Part shown: one piece after another, positions 1 through 8,657 of the stretch
Position numbering within the stretch: position 1 is the stretch's first letter
Layout of the letters: each line of letters starts with the position of its first letter
Origin: a virus
Lineage: Duplodnaviria; Caudoviricetes
IMG/VR virus record: IMGVR_UViG_3300047510_000243
Span: 1-28,294 of that record
Length of the DNA stretch: 28,294 nt
Direction: 5' to 3' (one strand)
Translations under genes and position numbers: made by a program
The notes under the pieces: generated by a model
Told to the model about the DNA's origin: nothing
Database searches by the model: none
What the model saw: only the letters and a program-made list of their open reading frames with translations

Positions 1-510
1 GTCTGTCATCTTGCCGGCGGCGCTGGCCACCTCGGTCACCCGCCGGCCCCATCCCTTGCCGAACGTATCCCAGGTCGGCAGCGCCTGGAGGAACTCCAGC
101 CGCCTAGCTTGATACCGGGCCACGATCTCTTCAGCAGGCATGGCCAAGACGGCCCGCAGCGTGCCAGGCCCGATCACCCCGTCATCATCGGCGCCGACCA
201 CCTGCTGCAGGAACTTGACCGCACGGCCTGGCCCCGAGTTGATGCCGCAGTCGAACACGCAATAGTCGACGCCGGCCGGCAGGTCGTCGCCCCGCACCCG
301 ATCCCAATACCGAGTCTTGTAGAGCGGCGCCACCATCTCAGGCGTCAGGCTGCGCATCTCGGCCTCGTCGACCGGTCGCTTGACCCATTCTTCCCAGACG
401 CGCTTGGTGACGCCCAGGTTGGTCATGCCGCCAGGATCGCTCGGATGGTTGACGTAGCCGCCCTCATGGTGCAGCACTGCCGCCAGCGCGGAGTCGAAGT
501 TCTCTTTCAT
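1..510 (-). CDS. Endolysin, glycoside hydrolase family 108 with C-terminal PG-binding region (3' end runs off the window)
   Basis: Manual translation from ATG at 510: MKENFDSALAAVLHHEGGYVNHPSDPGGMTNLGVTKRVWEEW...FGKGWGRRV. EGGY-x-N-H-P-x-DPGG-x-TNxGVT is the GH108 signature. ATGA overlap with the holin stop. Not in the ORF track. Confidence 0.93.
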   Translation of the reverse strand, partial: MKENFDSALAAVLHHEGGYVNHPSDPGGMTNLGVTKRVWEEWVKRPVDEAEMRSLTPEMVAPLYKTRYWDRVRGDDLPAGVDYCVFDCGINSGPGRAVKFLQQVVGADDDGVIGPGTLRAVLAMPAEEIVARYQARRLEFLQALPTWDTFGKGWGRRVTEVASAAGKMTD

Positions 511-920
511 TTCTTCGCTTTCATATCGATGATCTTCTCGAGCGTGCGGCCACCAAAATAGAACGACATGATCAACATGCCCCACTGGCCAAGCAACTCG
601 ACGTAAGCCTGGTTCGTATCCATCTTGAACGCGCTCATCATCGCGAAGGTGAAGTACCCGGCGAGAATAGCGATCAGCGTCATCGGCCTGATGTTCTTCG
701 ACAGCCAGGAGTCGCTGGCCATGTCGGCCTTCAGCCTGTCGGTCAGATTGTTCTGCTCGATCTCGAAGAGCTTGGTCTCGTTGGCCATCTTCTGGAGCTC
801 GCCGTTCTGCTCCAGCTGCGCGAGCTCTGCCTTCGCCTTCGCGGCTGCAGCCGGGTCAGGCAGCACCCGGTCTAGGATCTTGCTGCCTACTTCAAGCAGT
901 GGGCCGAGGGGTAGCATCAT
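507..920 (-). CDS. Holin (GTA-type 3TM holin-like)
   Basis: 'DSWLSKNIRP', hydrophobic helices and a 'FYFGGRTLEK' C-terminus; immediately upstream of the endolysin. Confidence 0.8.
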   Translation of the reverse strand: MMLPLGPLLEVGSKILDRVLPDPAAAAKAKAELAQLEQNGELQKMANETKLFEIEQNNLTDRLKADMASDSWLSKNIRPMTLIAILAGYFTFAMMSAFKMDTNQAYVELLGQWGMLIMSFYFGGRTLEKIIDMKAKK

Positions 921-1182
921 CGTCCTTTTTGGTCAGGATATTGGCTGCAGCATAGGCACCCTTGCGCCCGACGATGCCGCCGACCGCGCCGATACACAAC
1001 AACATCACGTCCTTGAGAATCGCCAGGAAGGCCTGGTCGATCGGGCTGATCTTCTCCATGTCGTGCTCGACAAACATCACGCCCAGGATAATGCCGACCA
1101 CACTGGTCACCAGGATCCCGGTGAGCGATAAGACGATCACCGCCCAGACACGCACCTCGATCTCTTCCGTCGTCATCTTCAT
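892..1182 (-). CDS. Two-TM membrane protein of the lysis region
   Basis: MKMTTEEIEVRVWAVIVLSL... has two hydrophobic segments. The ATG at 1182 overlaps the upstream stop (ATGA). Confidence 0.7.
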   Translation of the reverse strand: MKMTTEEIEVRVWAVIVLSLTGILVTSVVGIILGVMFVEHDMEKISPIDQAFLAILKDVMLLCIGAVGGIVGRKGAYAAANILTKKDDDATPRPTA

Positions 1183-1250
1183 CGGCTTAACTCCGCAAGC
1201 GTTGCCATCAACAACACCAGAAAGATCATCAGGAACATCAACCATTTCAT
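1179..1250 (-). CDS. 23-aa hydrophobic micropeptide (MKWLMFLMIFLVLLMATLAELSR)
   Basis: Exactly fills the gap with ATGA start/stop overlaps at both ends (1247-1250 and 1179-1182). Confidence 0.55.
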   Translation of the reverse strand: MKWLMFLMIFLVLLMATLAELSR

Positions 1251-1747
1251 TGGTTCGCCTGATACCACGACCAGATGTAACTGACCGAGTGATAGGAGAT
1301 GATGCCGCCGATCCCGAGCACCACGGCCAGCAGCATCCGCTCCTTGCGTTGCTTCAGCTTCAGTGCCGCATCCTCCTCGGCCTTCTTTTTCGCCGCCAGT
1401 TCCGCAGCTTTTCGTTGTTGGATAATTGCGTTCCGTTCTCTTTGAATCTCTTCCCAGATGTCTGACTGTCCTGACCAGATCAGGTATTGCTTCAACTCGT
1501 CGGTCATGTCGCGGATCTTTTTGGCCGCGATGACAGACTCGAGCGCCTCGGACATGGCGCTCTTTTGCTTCTCTTCTGGCAGTTTGGCGCGCTCTTCGGT
1601 GCTGGCTTTCTGGATCTGATCCTGCGCGTCGAACAGCGACATGAACTCGCCCAGGCACTCCTTGGCGTCTTTGCCTACTTGAATCGCCTGCTTGATGCCG
1701 GCGACCGCAGCCTGGGCAGCTGCGAGTGCAACCGCGATCTCGACCAT
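1247..1747 (-). CDS. Coiled-coil phage protein with C-terminal TM helix
   Basis: 166-aa helical ORF with a C-terminal hydrophobic segment (MLLAVVLGIGGII), tightly packed in the operon. Confidence 0.75.
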   Translation of the reverse strand: MVEIAVALAAAQAAVAGIKQAIQVGKDAKECLGEFMSLFDAQDQIQKASTEERAKLPEEKQKSAMSEALESVIAAKKIRDMTDELKQYLIWSGQSDIWEEIQRERNAIIQQRKAAELAAKKKAEEDAALKLKQRKERMLLAVVLGIGGIISYHSVSYIWSWYQANQ

Positions 1748-1748
1748 T

Positions 1749-1913
1749 TCAAGCCTTCAGCACCAGCGAGAGCAGCAGCAGGATGATCGCGCCAGCAGCG
1801 CCGATCAGAATGTGCTCGATGCGCTTGAGCCTGGCGTTGATGCCGTCATACCTGATTGAGCACACTTCTTCATGCGTCATCAGTCGAGCCTCCACTTCGT
1901 TTGCTGTTGTCAT
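1749..1913 (-). CDS. Small membrane-anchored protein (54 aa, XhlA-like architecture)
   Basis: Manual translation: MTTANEVEARLMTHEEVCSIRYDGINARLKRIEHILIGAAGAIILLLLSLVLKA, with a GAGG RBS upstream. Below the ORF track cut-off. Confidence 0.75.
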   Translation of the reverse strand: MTTANEVEARLMTHEEVCSIRYDGINARLKRIEHILIGAAGAIILLLLSLVLKA

Positions 1914-1925
1914 CGTTTACCTCAA

Positions 1926-2333
1926 TTAAGGCGGCGGTGCATTGATAGTCGCGTATGGGATTATCTGAAACTCAATCCAATTTCGTTCATCAGCAGTGAC
2001 TGACGATGGGTTGAGACGATAGGCCTGAAGGATGTCTGAATCAGCAGAAGAGAGTTCAGGGAAAAAACTATTGTCGATATTCCCTAACGCCCTGCCATCA
2101 ACATAAGTACTCCAATAGAAAACATTAGCCAATGGTGTCCCAACGATAGCTTTGATCAAAGAAACTATTGTTGGCGACGTGATGACATACAGGTCAGCAG
2201 TGTCGTGAACCTTGTCCCACTGAGCATTTCGGTAGACATGGATATCCTGCACCTGTTTCCATGAGGCTGATGCTTCATTGTAAGTGTATGCAACGATGAC
2301 CTCCTTCCAGGTGCCACCGTTGTAAACCGACAT
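1926..2333 (-). CDS. Tail-fibre-associated protein
   Basis: Likely start MSVYNGGTWKEV just after the fibre stop. Repeated W-K-x-V beta motifs; lower GC than its neighbours. Confidence 0.6.
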   Translation of the reverse strand: MSVYNGGTWKEVIVAYTYNEASASWKQVQDIHVYRNAQWDKVHDTADLYVITSPTIVSLIKAIVGTPLANVFYWSTYVDGRALGNIDNSFFPELSSADSDILQAYRLNPSSVTADERNWIEFQIIPYATINAPPP

Positions 2334-2335
2334 CC

Positions 2336-3247
2336 TCACGATGACACCCGCAGCCAAAGGGCGCCATTGGATGCAGACCCGCTCGGCGCTGACGTGCTGA
2401 TGGTCACTGGCACCGCATACGCCAGTTGGTTGGTGCTGATGACCGTGATCTCATCGTTCAACGTCAAAGCTGACACCGTTATGGTGGTGCCATTGGTTGC
2501 CGTGAACTCTGCAGTGTGGAGTAAGGATCCATTGATGTACACCTGCACACTGCCGACAATGTAATTCGTTGTGATCGTTGTCTGTCCAGAAGTGGCCAGC
2601 GCTCGATAGATCGTGTAAGTGCCAGCGCCAATGTTTACCCAGCCGCCTGCTGTGTACACACGAATGACCGCGCTGACGCTGTTGTAGTACAGGTCGCCAG
2701 CGACACGCGCTGTGCCATCCGGCCTGGTGGTCGGATCGCTGGTGGCGCTGCCGTAGTAAATCGTATTCGGTGCGCCGGCTGATGCGGTCGGGTTGCCGTT
2801 GACATCGAATGACAGATACTTGTTCGCCCTGCTGGTACGGCCGGGCAGCGTCATGTTGATGCTAGTTGGATCTGTCTGCGGCGCCTGCATCGCTCGACCG
2901 AGACCCTCGGCATTCTGCTGCGCGAAGATCGTCTGCTGGTCGAGCTCGTCGTTCAGCGTGTTGGCGAAAAAATCACCGCCGGTCACGAAGTCAGTGGTGC
3001 GGCTGATCGTCCTGTTGCCGACGATCGCGATCTGGGTGGCGCCTGTTGGCGTCGCAGTCAACGTCACAAACCCGGTTCCATTGGCGTTGATCGTGACCGT
3101 GTAGTTCGTGGTCAGCGTCAGTAGCGTGTCGTCGCGATAGACCGCGATGTCGGTCGCGGCCAGGATCTCGAACGTGAAATTGTACGGGCCGGTGCCGCTT
3201 GCCGCGTAGACCACACGTCTGGTTACGTTGTTGATTGGGACGCCCAT
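2336..3247 (-). CDS. Tail fibre protein (T7 gp17-like N-terminal attachment domain)
   Basis: N-terminus 'GPYNFTFEIL...DIAVY...LNDELDQQTIFAQQ' is typical of podovirus fibre anchors. Thr/Ser-rich beta repeats; AAGGA RBS. Confidence 0.85.
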   Translation of the reverse strand: MGVPINNVTRRVVYAASGTGPYNFTFEILAATDIAVYRDDTLLTLTTNYTVTINANGTGFVTLTATPTGATQIAIVGNRTISRTTDFVTGGDFFANTLNDELDQQTIFAQQNAEGLGRAMQAPQTDPTSINMTLPGRTSRANKYLSFDVNGNPTASAGAPNTIYYGSATSDPTTRPDGTARVAGDLYYNSVSAVIRVYTAGGWVNIGAGTYTIYRALATSGQTTITTNYIVGSVQVYINGSLLHTAEFTATNGTTITVSALTLNDEITVISTNQLAYAVPVTISTSAPSGSASNGALWLRVSS

Positions 3248-3264
3248 CGCTTAGTCCTTAATGG

Positions 3265-6246
3265 TTACTTGACGTAATTGCCTAGCCTGGCCTGGCGCCG
3301 TTGCGCTGCCTCGACGCGCCGCTCTATCGCCGGCCCGAATTTGCTGTTCACCAACAGATCCTGCTGCGCTGCTTTGACGAAGGTGCTGTACACGTCGCGG
3401 ATATTGTTCTGCTGCACGTTGCGATCATCATCCAAGAATCCGGGCGTGTTATACCGTTCGACGATTGCATCTTTGAGACGCTTGCCGGTGCCATCATTCA
3501 GCCGGCCCAGCTGCTTCATCATGTAGGAGTATTCCTCGACCTCCAGCTTGATGTTCACGCCACCGAGCTCGAGGTTCATGTCGGGCTTCTTAATCGGCAG
3601 GCCCAGGCTGATCACGATCTTGTCAGCCGCCCGCTGCTGCGTGGTGCTGTAGCGCACGCCACTCATCGAGGCCAGCCACGGGTTGGCCGGATCGACATCG
3701 GTCATCACCTCGCCCAGGTAGTCGTACTGCGGTGGCAGCGACTCACTGAGCACCGGCGTCCTGGCGATGCTGCGGTTCAGACCTTCGTAGAAACCCTTGA
3801 TCACGGTCGGCACGTTCTGTGACTCTGCAGTCATGCGCTTCACCGGATCGTAGCCGCGCTCGATCATCGCCCTGGCGCTTGAGAAGATCCCGACCGGCGA
3901 ACCCTCGACCGTGTACTGAGCAGCAGTGCCGGCCAGGCCGTCGAGCGCATTCTTGAAAGCCTGCTTCGGATTCGGGATCGTGGAACTGAATGCGCCAGCG
4001 ATCGAACTGATGCCCTGCACAAACGGCATCTGTCCGACGTAGCCATAGAGACCCCAGGCGGCACCGAGAAGAACCTCGCCGACCAGATCCTGGTTGTCCT
4101 CATAGCGGGCATATTCGACTGCGTCAGCAACCATTGCCATCGGTGCGCCGATCGGGTCGATGCCCCGGAAGGGAACGTACAGCCGGCCATCCTTGCCGAC
4201 AGACGGATCGATCCGCATCCCGCGCAGGTAGCCGACGAAGTCCTGATCCCATTCGCCTTTCTGGAAGACGAAAGAGTAGGGGCGCCAGCCGCTGTCCAGG
4301 TAGACCTTGCGCAGGTTGTTGTCGCCAGGCCCGCCGCCGGTGATCCGGCCATCGGCGACGTAGCTGCCAGCGCCCATCATGATCGCCGTGCCCATGCCCC
4401 ACTTGGCCATCGCGAGCTCGCGCTGTGCGCCGCCTGCAGCGAAGTCCTGCCGGAACTGCTTGGACATCGGGGCGAAGGCGCTGTGCTGCATCCCCTCGCT
4501 CACCACCCAGATCGGCGTCTTCACGAACGGCATCACGATCCGGCCCAGCAGATTGTCCTGCGCGAGCTCTTGGATGCGTGCCGCGCTGCCGGTCAGCTTG
4601 CGGCTGAACGTGATCATGTGGCTGAAGTCTTGCGCCAGGGCATCGAGCTCTGCAGGTGGATCTGAGAGGATCTCGCCCATGCGCTTCAAACCCAGCTGCT
4701 CGGCCTGCTCTCGCGTGGCGCCGCCTTCGATTGCCGCCCGCTTGGCCTGTTGCTCGGCACGATAGGCCTGGGCATAGAGCTCGGCCCGGTAGCCCATCGT
4801 CTTGAAGACCTCGTCCATTGCCATGATCGGGCGACCGCCCAGCAGCGTGACGAAGTTGGCGTAAGCATTGATGCCCTTAACCAGCGCCTCGGTTTCGATG
4901 CCGTAGTCCTTCGCATCGAAGATATGGTACTGGCCTTCGAGCTTCTTGCCGGCGTCACTGATGAGCTCGCTACCCGCCCGCATCTCGCGGGTCGTCCCGG
5001 TAAGGAGCGCCGTGCCGGCCAGGCTGAATCCCTCGCGAATCGAATGCACCATGCCGGCCACCATTGCCGCAGACTCGCCGAGCTCAACCTCCGCGCTCAT
5101 GCCGACCGCCCGCTTGGCAGATCCACCCAGACCGGCCAGCGCCCTGGTGGCCACCGAGCTCGCCAGGAAGGTGGTGTTGCTGGTCAGGTTGACGACATGC
5201 GTGCCGATGCCTGACAGCAGGCCATTCTTCCAGGTTCGATCCCACAGATCCGCGATCAGGCCCACCTTGCTGGCCTTGTTCAGCAGACCTTCGCGGGCGC
5301 CTTCGTCCTGCAGCTGCACGAACTTCTCGACCAGGATCTTGAGCTCTGGCGCGACCTTCGGATCGGCCAGCATCTGCTTCATCTCGGCATCGCCTGGCGC
5401 CGGGATCTTCGCGCCCGATGCGTCAGCCAGGATGTCGGCAGCACGCTCGCCAGTTACCTGCAGCCGACCGACCGCAGTGGCCTGCGCGGCACGGGTACGC
5501 GACAGAACATACGCCTCGTTGACCTGGTTCTGCAGGCTCAAGCGATAGAGCAGCTGCGCCTGCAGGTCAGCGTCGTCAGGGTTCAGGTAGGAGCGACGCG
5601 CCAGTTCGTAGAAGTCCTTGGCATTCTGGTAGCTGGCCAGCCGCAGCCGCACCATGTCGACCGGTAGCTTGCCGTATTGCTCCTTCATGACCTGCAGGTC
5701 GCCCAGCAGATTGCCGTCAAACCCCTGGCGCTTGGCCTCGGCGAGCGTCTGCTCCCAGGTCAGGCGCTCAACTTGCAGCCCGCTCGACTTCGCCAGCGTC
5801 TCGACCGTCTGCTTGAAGTCGTCAGGCCCGTCGATCCGGTTCAGGTTGATCAGGGTCTGAGGCGGGACGCCGGCAACGGGCGCCGCTTCAATCGTTGCTT
5901 CGATCTTCTGCAGCTGCTGCGGCAGATCGCCGATTGCGGGCTGCGGAGCGGATACCTGCGGGAGGGCCGTACCGGGCGCAGGAGGCGCTGCCGTGGTGCC
6001 AGGAGGGATAGATGTAGGGTTAGGCTCGACAGGCGCCTGGATCGCCTTCTTTGCAGCCTTGCCTTCGCTGACTAGCTTGGCACCACCAACGATGATGTCG
6101 CGAAGCCCAGCGACCTGCACGACATTGTCGTCGGCAGTGTGCGCTGGCTCGAACGCGGTGATCGGCTCGTCAGGCTCTGAGCTTGCCACCCGCTCCGGCA
6201 GGATCTTGCTGAGTCGTTCTTCGACCGGCTGGTTGCTGATGGCCAT
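3265..6246 (-). CDS. Large internal virion (ejection) protein
   Basis: 993-aa helical protein, last gene before the fibre (T7 gp16 position). Contains 'PFVKTP', 'ITGGGP' and 'GWRPYS' motifs seen in such proteins. Confidence 0.7.
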   Translation of the reverse strand: MAISNQPVEERLSKILPERVASSEPDEPITAFEPAHTADDNVVQVAGLRDIIVGGAKLVSEGKAAKKAIQAPVEPNPTSIPPGTTAAPPAPGTALPQVSAPQPAIGDLPQQLQKIEATIEAAPVAGVPPQTLINLNRIDGPDDFKQTVETLAKSSGLQVERLTWEQTLAEAKRQGFDGNLLGDLQVMKEQYGKLPVDMVRLRLASYQNAKDFYELARRSYLNPDDADLQAQLLYRLSLQNQVNEAYVLSRTRAAQATAVGRLQVTGERAADILADASGAKIPAPGDAEMKQMLADPKVAPELKILVEKFVQLQDEGAREGLLNKASKVGLIADLWDRTWKNGLLSGIGTHVVNLTSNTTFLASSVATRALAGLGGSAKRAVGMSAEVELGESAAMVAGMVHSIREGFSLAGTALLTGTTREMRAGSELISDAGKKLEGQYHIFDAKDYGIETEALVKGINAYANFVTLLGGRPIMAMDEVFKTMGYRAELYAQAYRAEQQAKRAAIEGGATREQAEQLGLKRMGEILSDPPAELDALAQDFSHMITFSRKLTGSAARIQELAQDNLLGRIVMPFVKTPIWVVSEGMQHSAFAPMSKQFRQDFAAGGAQRELAMAKWGMGTAIMMGAGSYVADGRITGGGPGDNNLRKVYLDSGWRPYSFVFQKGEWDQDFVGYLRGMRIDPSVGKDGRLYVPFRGIDPIGAPMAMVADAVEYARYEDNQDLVGEVLLGAAWGLYGYVGQMPFVQGISSIAGAFSSTIPNPKQAFKNALDGLAGTAAQYTVEGSPVGIFSSARAMIERGYDPVKRMTAESQNVPTVIKGFYEGLNRSIARTPVLSESLPPQYDYLGEVMTDVDPANPWLASMSGVRYSTTQQRAADKIVISLGLPIKKPDMNLELGGVNIKLEVEEYSYMMKQLGRLNDGTGKRLKDAIVERYNTPGFLDDDRNVQQNNIRDVYSTFVKAAQQDLLVNSKFGPAIERRVEAAQRRQARLGNYVK

Positions 6247-8657
6247 TACTGCGCTCCCCTAGCGGGAGCTTGGCCCCCAGTTACTTGGCCGGTTTGGCTG
6301 GCTTTTGCTTTTGAACCAGTTGCTCTGGCTTTGGCTGCGCCGCTTGCTGCGCCGGTTCCTGAGAGCTCGCGCTCGAAGAGCGTCTCAAGTTCGCGCCGTA
6401 AAGGATCGAAGTCGGCTGCGGAGCGTCCGAGACCGAGGTCTGCCAACCTTCCCAAGTATGCTTGCCCATTTTTGTCTTTCGTCCAGTCGTTGCGGGCTTT
6501 GATCAAATCTGCTTCGTAGCCCTTTGTTTTAATATCATAGTCCAATTTCGTCAGCATCGCATCTATTTGCCCGCCAGGTTTTAACGCATCCTGCACGCTA
6601 TTCATGCGACCTGCACCACCCTTATCAACAAGCACCCGAATGCCCACCTTGCCTTCTGCAGTCCTGATTGGCTGATATCCAACAAACAGTCCAGTCGGAT
6701 CTGCTGCCATGACCTTCGACCAAAAGTCCCTCAACCCGGCATTGTTCGATAGGTTAGTGCTGCCATCTTCAATGAAGTCGATCGCAATAGCTTTGGGGTT
6801 CTGCGTCATCCCTTTGATGTTATTGACCCACACTTCTGTTTGTTGCAGCAGGTAGCCAAGTAGGTTGGCCGTCATCTCAGACCCCTGCTTGGTGGCTAGC
6901 GCCTGGGCAACTGTTGCTGGGTTTTGATAAGTCTCCCAACCCCCAGTGCCATGCACCGTGCCGGTAACATCAATGCCTGTCATCCGACTGGCTTGCTGTA
7001 TAGCTTTGGCGGTGACCGTTTCGGTTATCTTGGCCTGCCTATCTTGCGGCAGTGCGGCAAATTGAGCGCCATACTTTTGCGCCCACGGCGAACCTTCGCC
7101 TGGTGCAACCTCCATCGATATCCTGCGCAGGTTGCGCTCAAGAGCAGTCGTCGTGTCTTCTGCCGCGTTTGCCGTCAGCTTGGTCATTGACATCCAACCA
7201 ATCGCTTGCACTTCGTGCGGCTTCCAATCGTTGCGGCCTTGCCATCCAGTGTCATTCAAATGCTGGGTAAGAGCTCGACCAAAGTCTGCGCGATTCTCGT
7301 ATTGCGTATCAGTTGGCCCAGCTTGAAAGTCTGTCTTGATAGCGTCTCGGTCGACTCGGTATCCGATGCGCTCAAGGTGATTGATCAGAATCGGATCAAC
7401 CAACCCAGTGTCGCGAGCGGTATGGATGTCAACGACAAACGGGGCGCCGCCAACCTGGTTCCCGCCGTAATAACCTCGTGACGTACTGCCTTCTGCCGAA
7501 TCGACAAAGTCTGCGATCTTCGGCCCGACTCCCTCGGTGATCGGCTCGTTTCTCAATGCCCGCCTTGCCGCAACAGTGGCGCCAGGCAACCCCCCTGCAC
7601 GCATCGCTTCTTCTGGCACACCGCGAGCAAACTGCTCGGCTTGTAACAGCACATTGTTGAACGCGCCATCCACGCCAATGTTCTGATTTGCCACCAACCA
7701 AGCACGCATGTATGCGTCTGCTTTCGGCGCATCGTTGTTGGTGTACTTCAGGAACATGTCTCGAACGTCAGCGTACCAATTCGCATACTGGCTAATCTCA
7801 TTGGGCGTCAACATTGATTCTGTGCGTGCGACCCAATCCTGGGGCGTAATATTGCCCACCGCGAATGGCGGCAGATTACTCCCTTCTGGGGGCTCAATTA
7901 CGGTGCGATCATTCTTTGGCCCACCAGGCAATGGCTTACCATCGTTTTGTAGCGCCACCAGGCGCTGAGTTTTTAACCTTGCCCGGTTAGCGGTATCAGC
8001 CTCTGGAAAGGTAAGGCCTTGGCGAGGTGTTGCTCGCCCACCTGCAGGTGCCGCCTCAAGCAACAATCCCTGTTTACGGAGGAAGTCTTCGGCAAGCCTT
8101 CCAGCGGTCGGCCCGAGCTCTTTACCGACCTCGACCGCAGCGCGGCCTGTAGCCTTGCCGATTTCAGTTGCAGTCTTGCCGGCGCCGAATAGTTCACCGA
8201 CTGTCTCGGATACCTTCGCGCCTTCTCGCCGCATCTGGTCGGTCTCGCCCGCGGGAACCAGCGGGATGCCAAGCGTATCGTCCAAGAACTTCCTAACATC
8301 GTCGGTTGTCGGCAGGATCGTCTTGCCCTGGGTGCCGCGCAGGAATGCGTCGAGCCGGCCCTCGCCAGCCTGCGGGCTCACTGCGGCTGCAATACCACGG
8401 CCCAGGCTGATGATGTCGCCAGGCAACCCGATCGTGCCTTGGATGGCGCCCTTCGCCAGGCCTGCAGGAACATCAGCTGCCATCTTGCCGAACGTCGACA
8501 GTGGCATGTTCTTGGCATCAGCCGGCAGCGTGCCAACAGTGGCGCCCATCGCTGCTTCCTGCAGATCCGGCGCCGCCGCCTCGGGCGGGATCTCCGGGTA
8601 GGTGCCCTGCAGGTAGTTGTCGACGATGCGCTGCTCAAGCGGAGAGTAGGGTGTCAT
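6246..8657 (-). CDS. Putative internal virion protein with HhH-GPD-like central domain
   Basis: 803 aa, located among the ejection proteins. Motifs GVGPKIADF and FVVDIHTAR. Confidence 0.6.
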   Translation of the reverse strand: MTPYSPLEQRIVDNYLQGTYPEIPPEAAAPDLQEAAMGATVGTLPADAKNMPLSTFGKMAADVPAGLAKGAIQGTIGLPGDIISLGRGIAAAVSPQAGEGRLDAFLRGTQGKTILPTTDDVRKFLDDTLGIPLVPAGETDQMRREGAKVSETVGELFGAGKTATEIGKATGRAAVEVGKELGPTAGRLAEDFLRKQGLLLEAAPAGGRATPRQGLTFPEADTANRARLKTQRLVALQNDGKPLPGGPKNDRTVIEPPEGSNLPPFAVGNITPQDWVARTESMLTPNEISQYANWYADVRDMFLKYTNNDAPKADAYMRAWLVANQNIGVDGAFNNVLLQAEQFARGVPEEAMRAGGLPGATVAARRALRNEPITEGVGPKIADFVDSAEGSTSRGYYGGNQVGGAPFVVDIHTARDTGLVDPILINHLERIGYRVDRDAIKTDFQAGPTDTQYENRADFGRALTQHLNDTGWQGRNDWKPHEVQAIGWMSMTKLTANAAEDTTTALERNLRRISMEVAPGEGSPWAQKYGAQFAALPQDRQAKITETVTAKAIQQASRMTGIDVTGTVHGTGGWETYQNPATVAQALATKQGSEMTANLLGYLLQQTEVWVNNIKGMTQNPKAIAIDFIEDGSTNLSNNAGLRDFWSKVMAADPTGLFVGYQPIRTAEGKVGIRVLVDKGGAGRMNSVQDALKPGGQIDAMLTKLDYDIKTKGYEADLIKARNDWTKDKNGQAYLGRLADLGLGRSAADFDPLRRELETLFERELSGTGAASGAAKARATGSKAKASQTGQVTGGQAPARGAQ

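Noticed and set aside
2333-2360. Possible programmed frameshift fusing the tail fibre to the downstream ORF
   Set aside because: The CCCTTTG tract is not in the X XXY YYZ phase of the fibre frame, and a simple ATG lies 2 nt after the stop.
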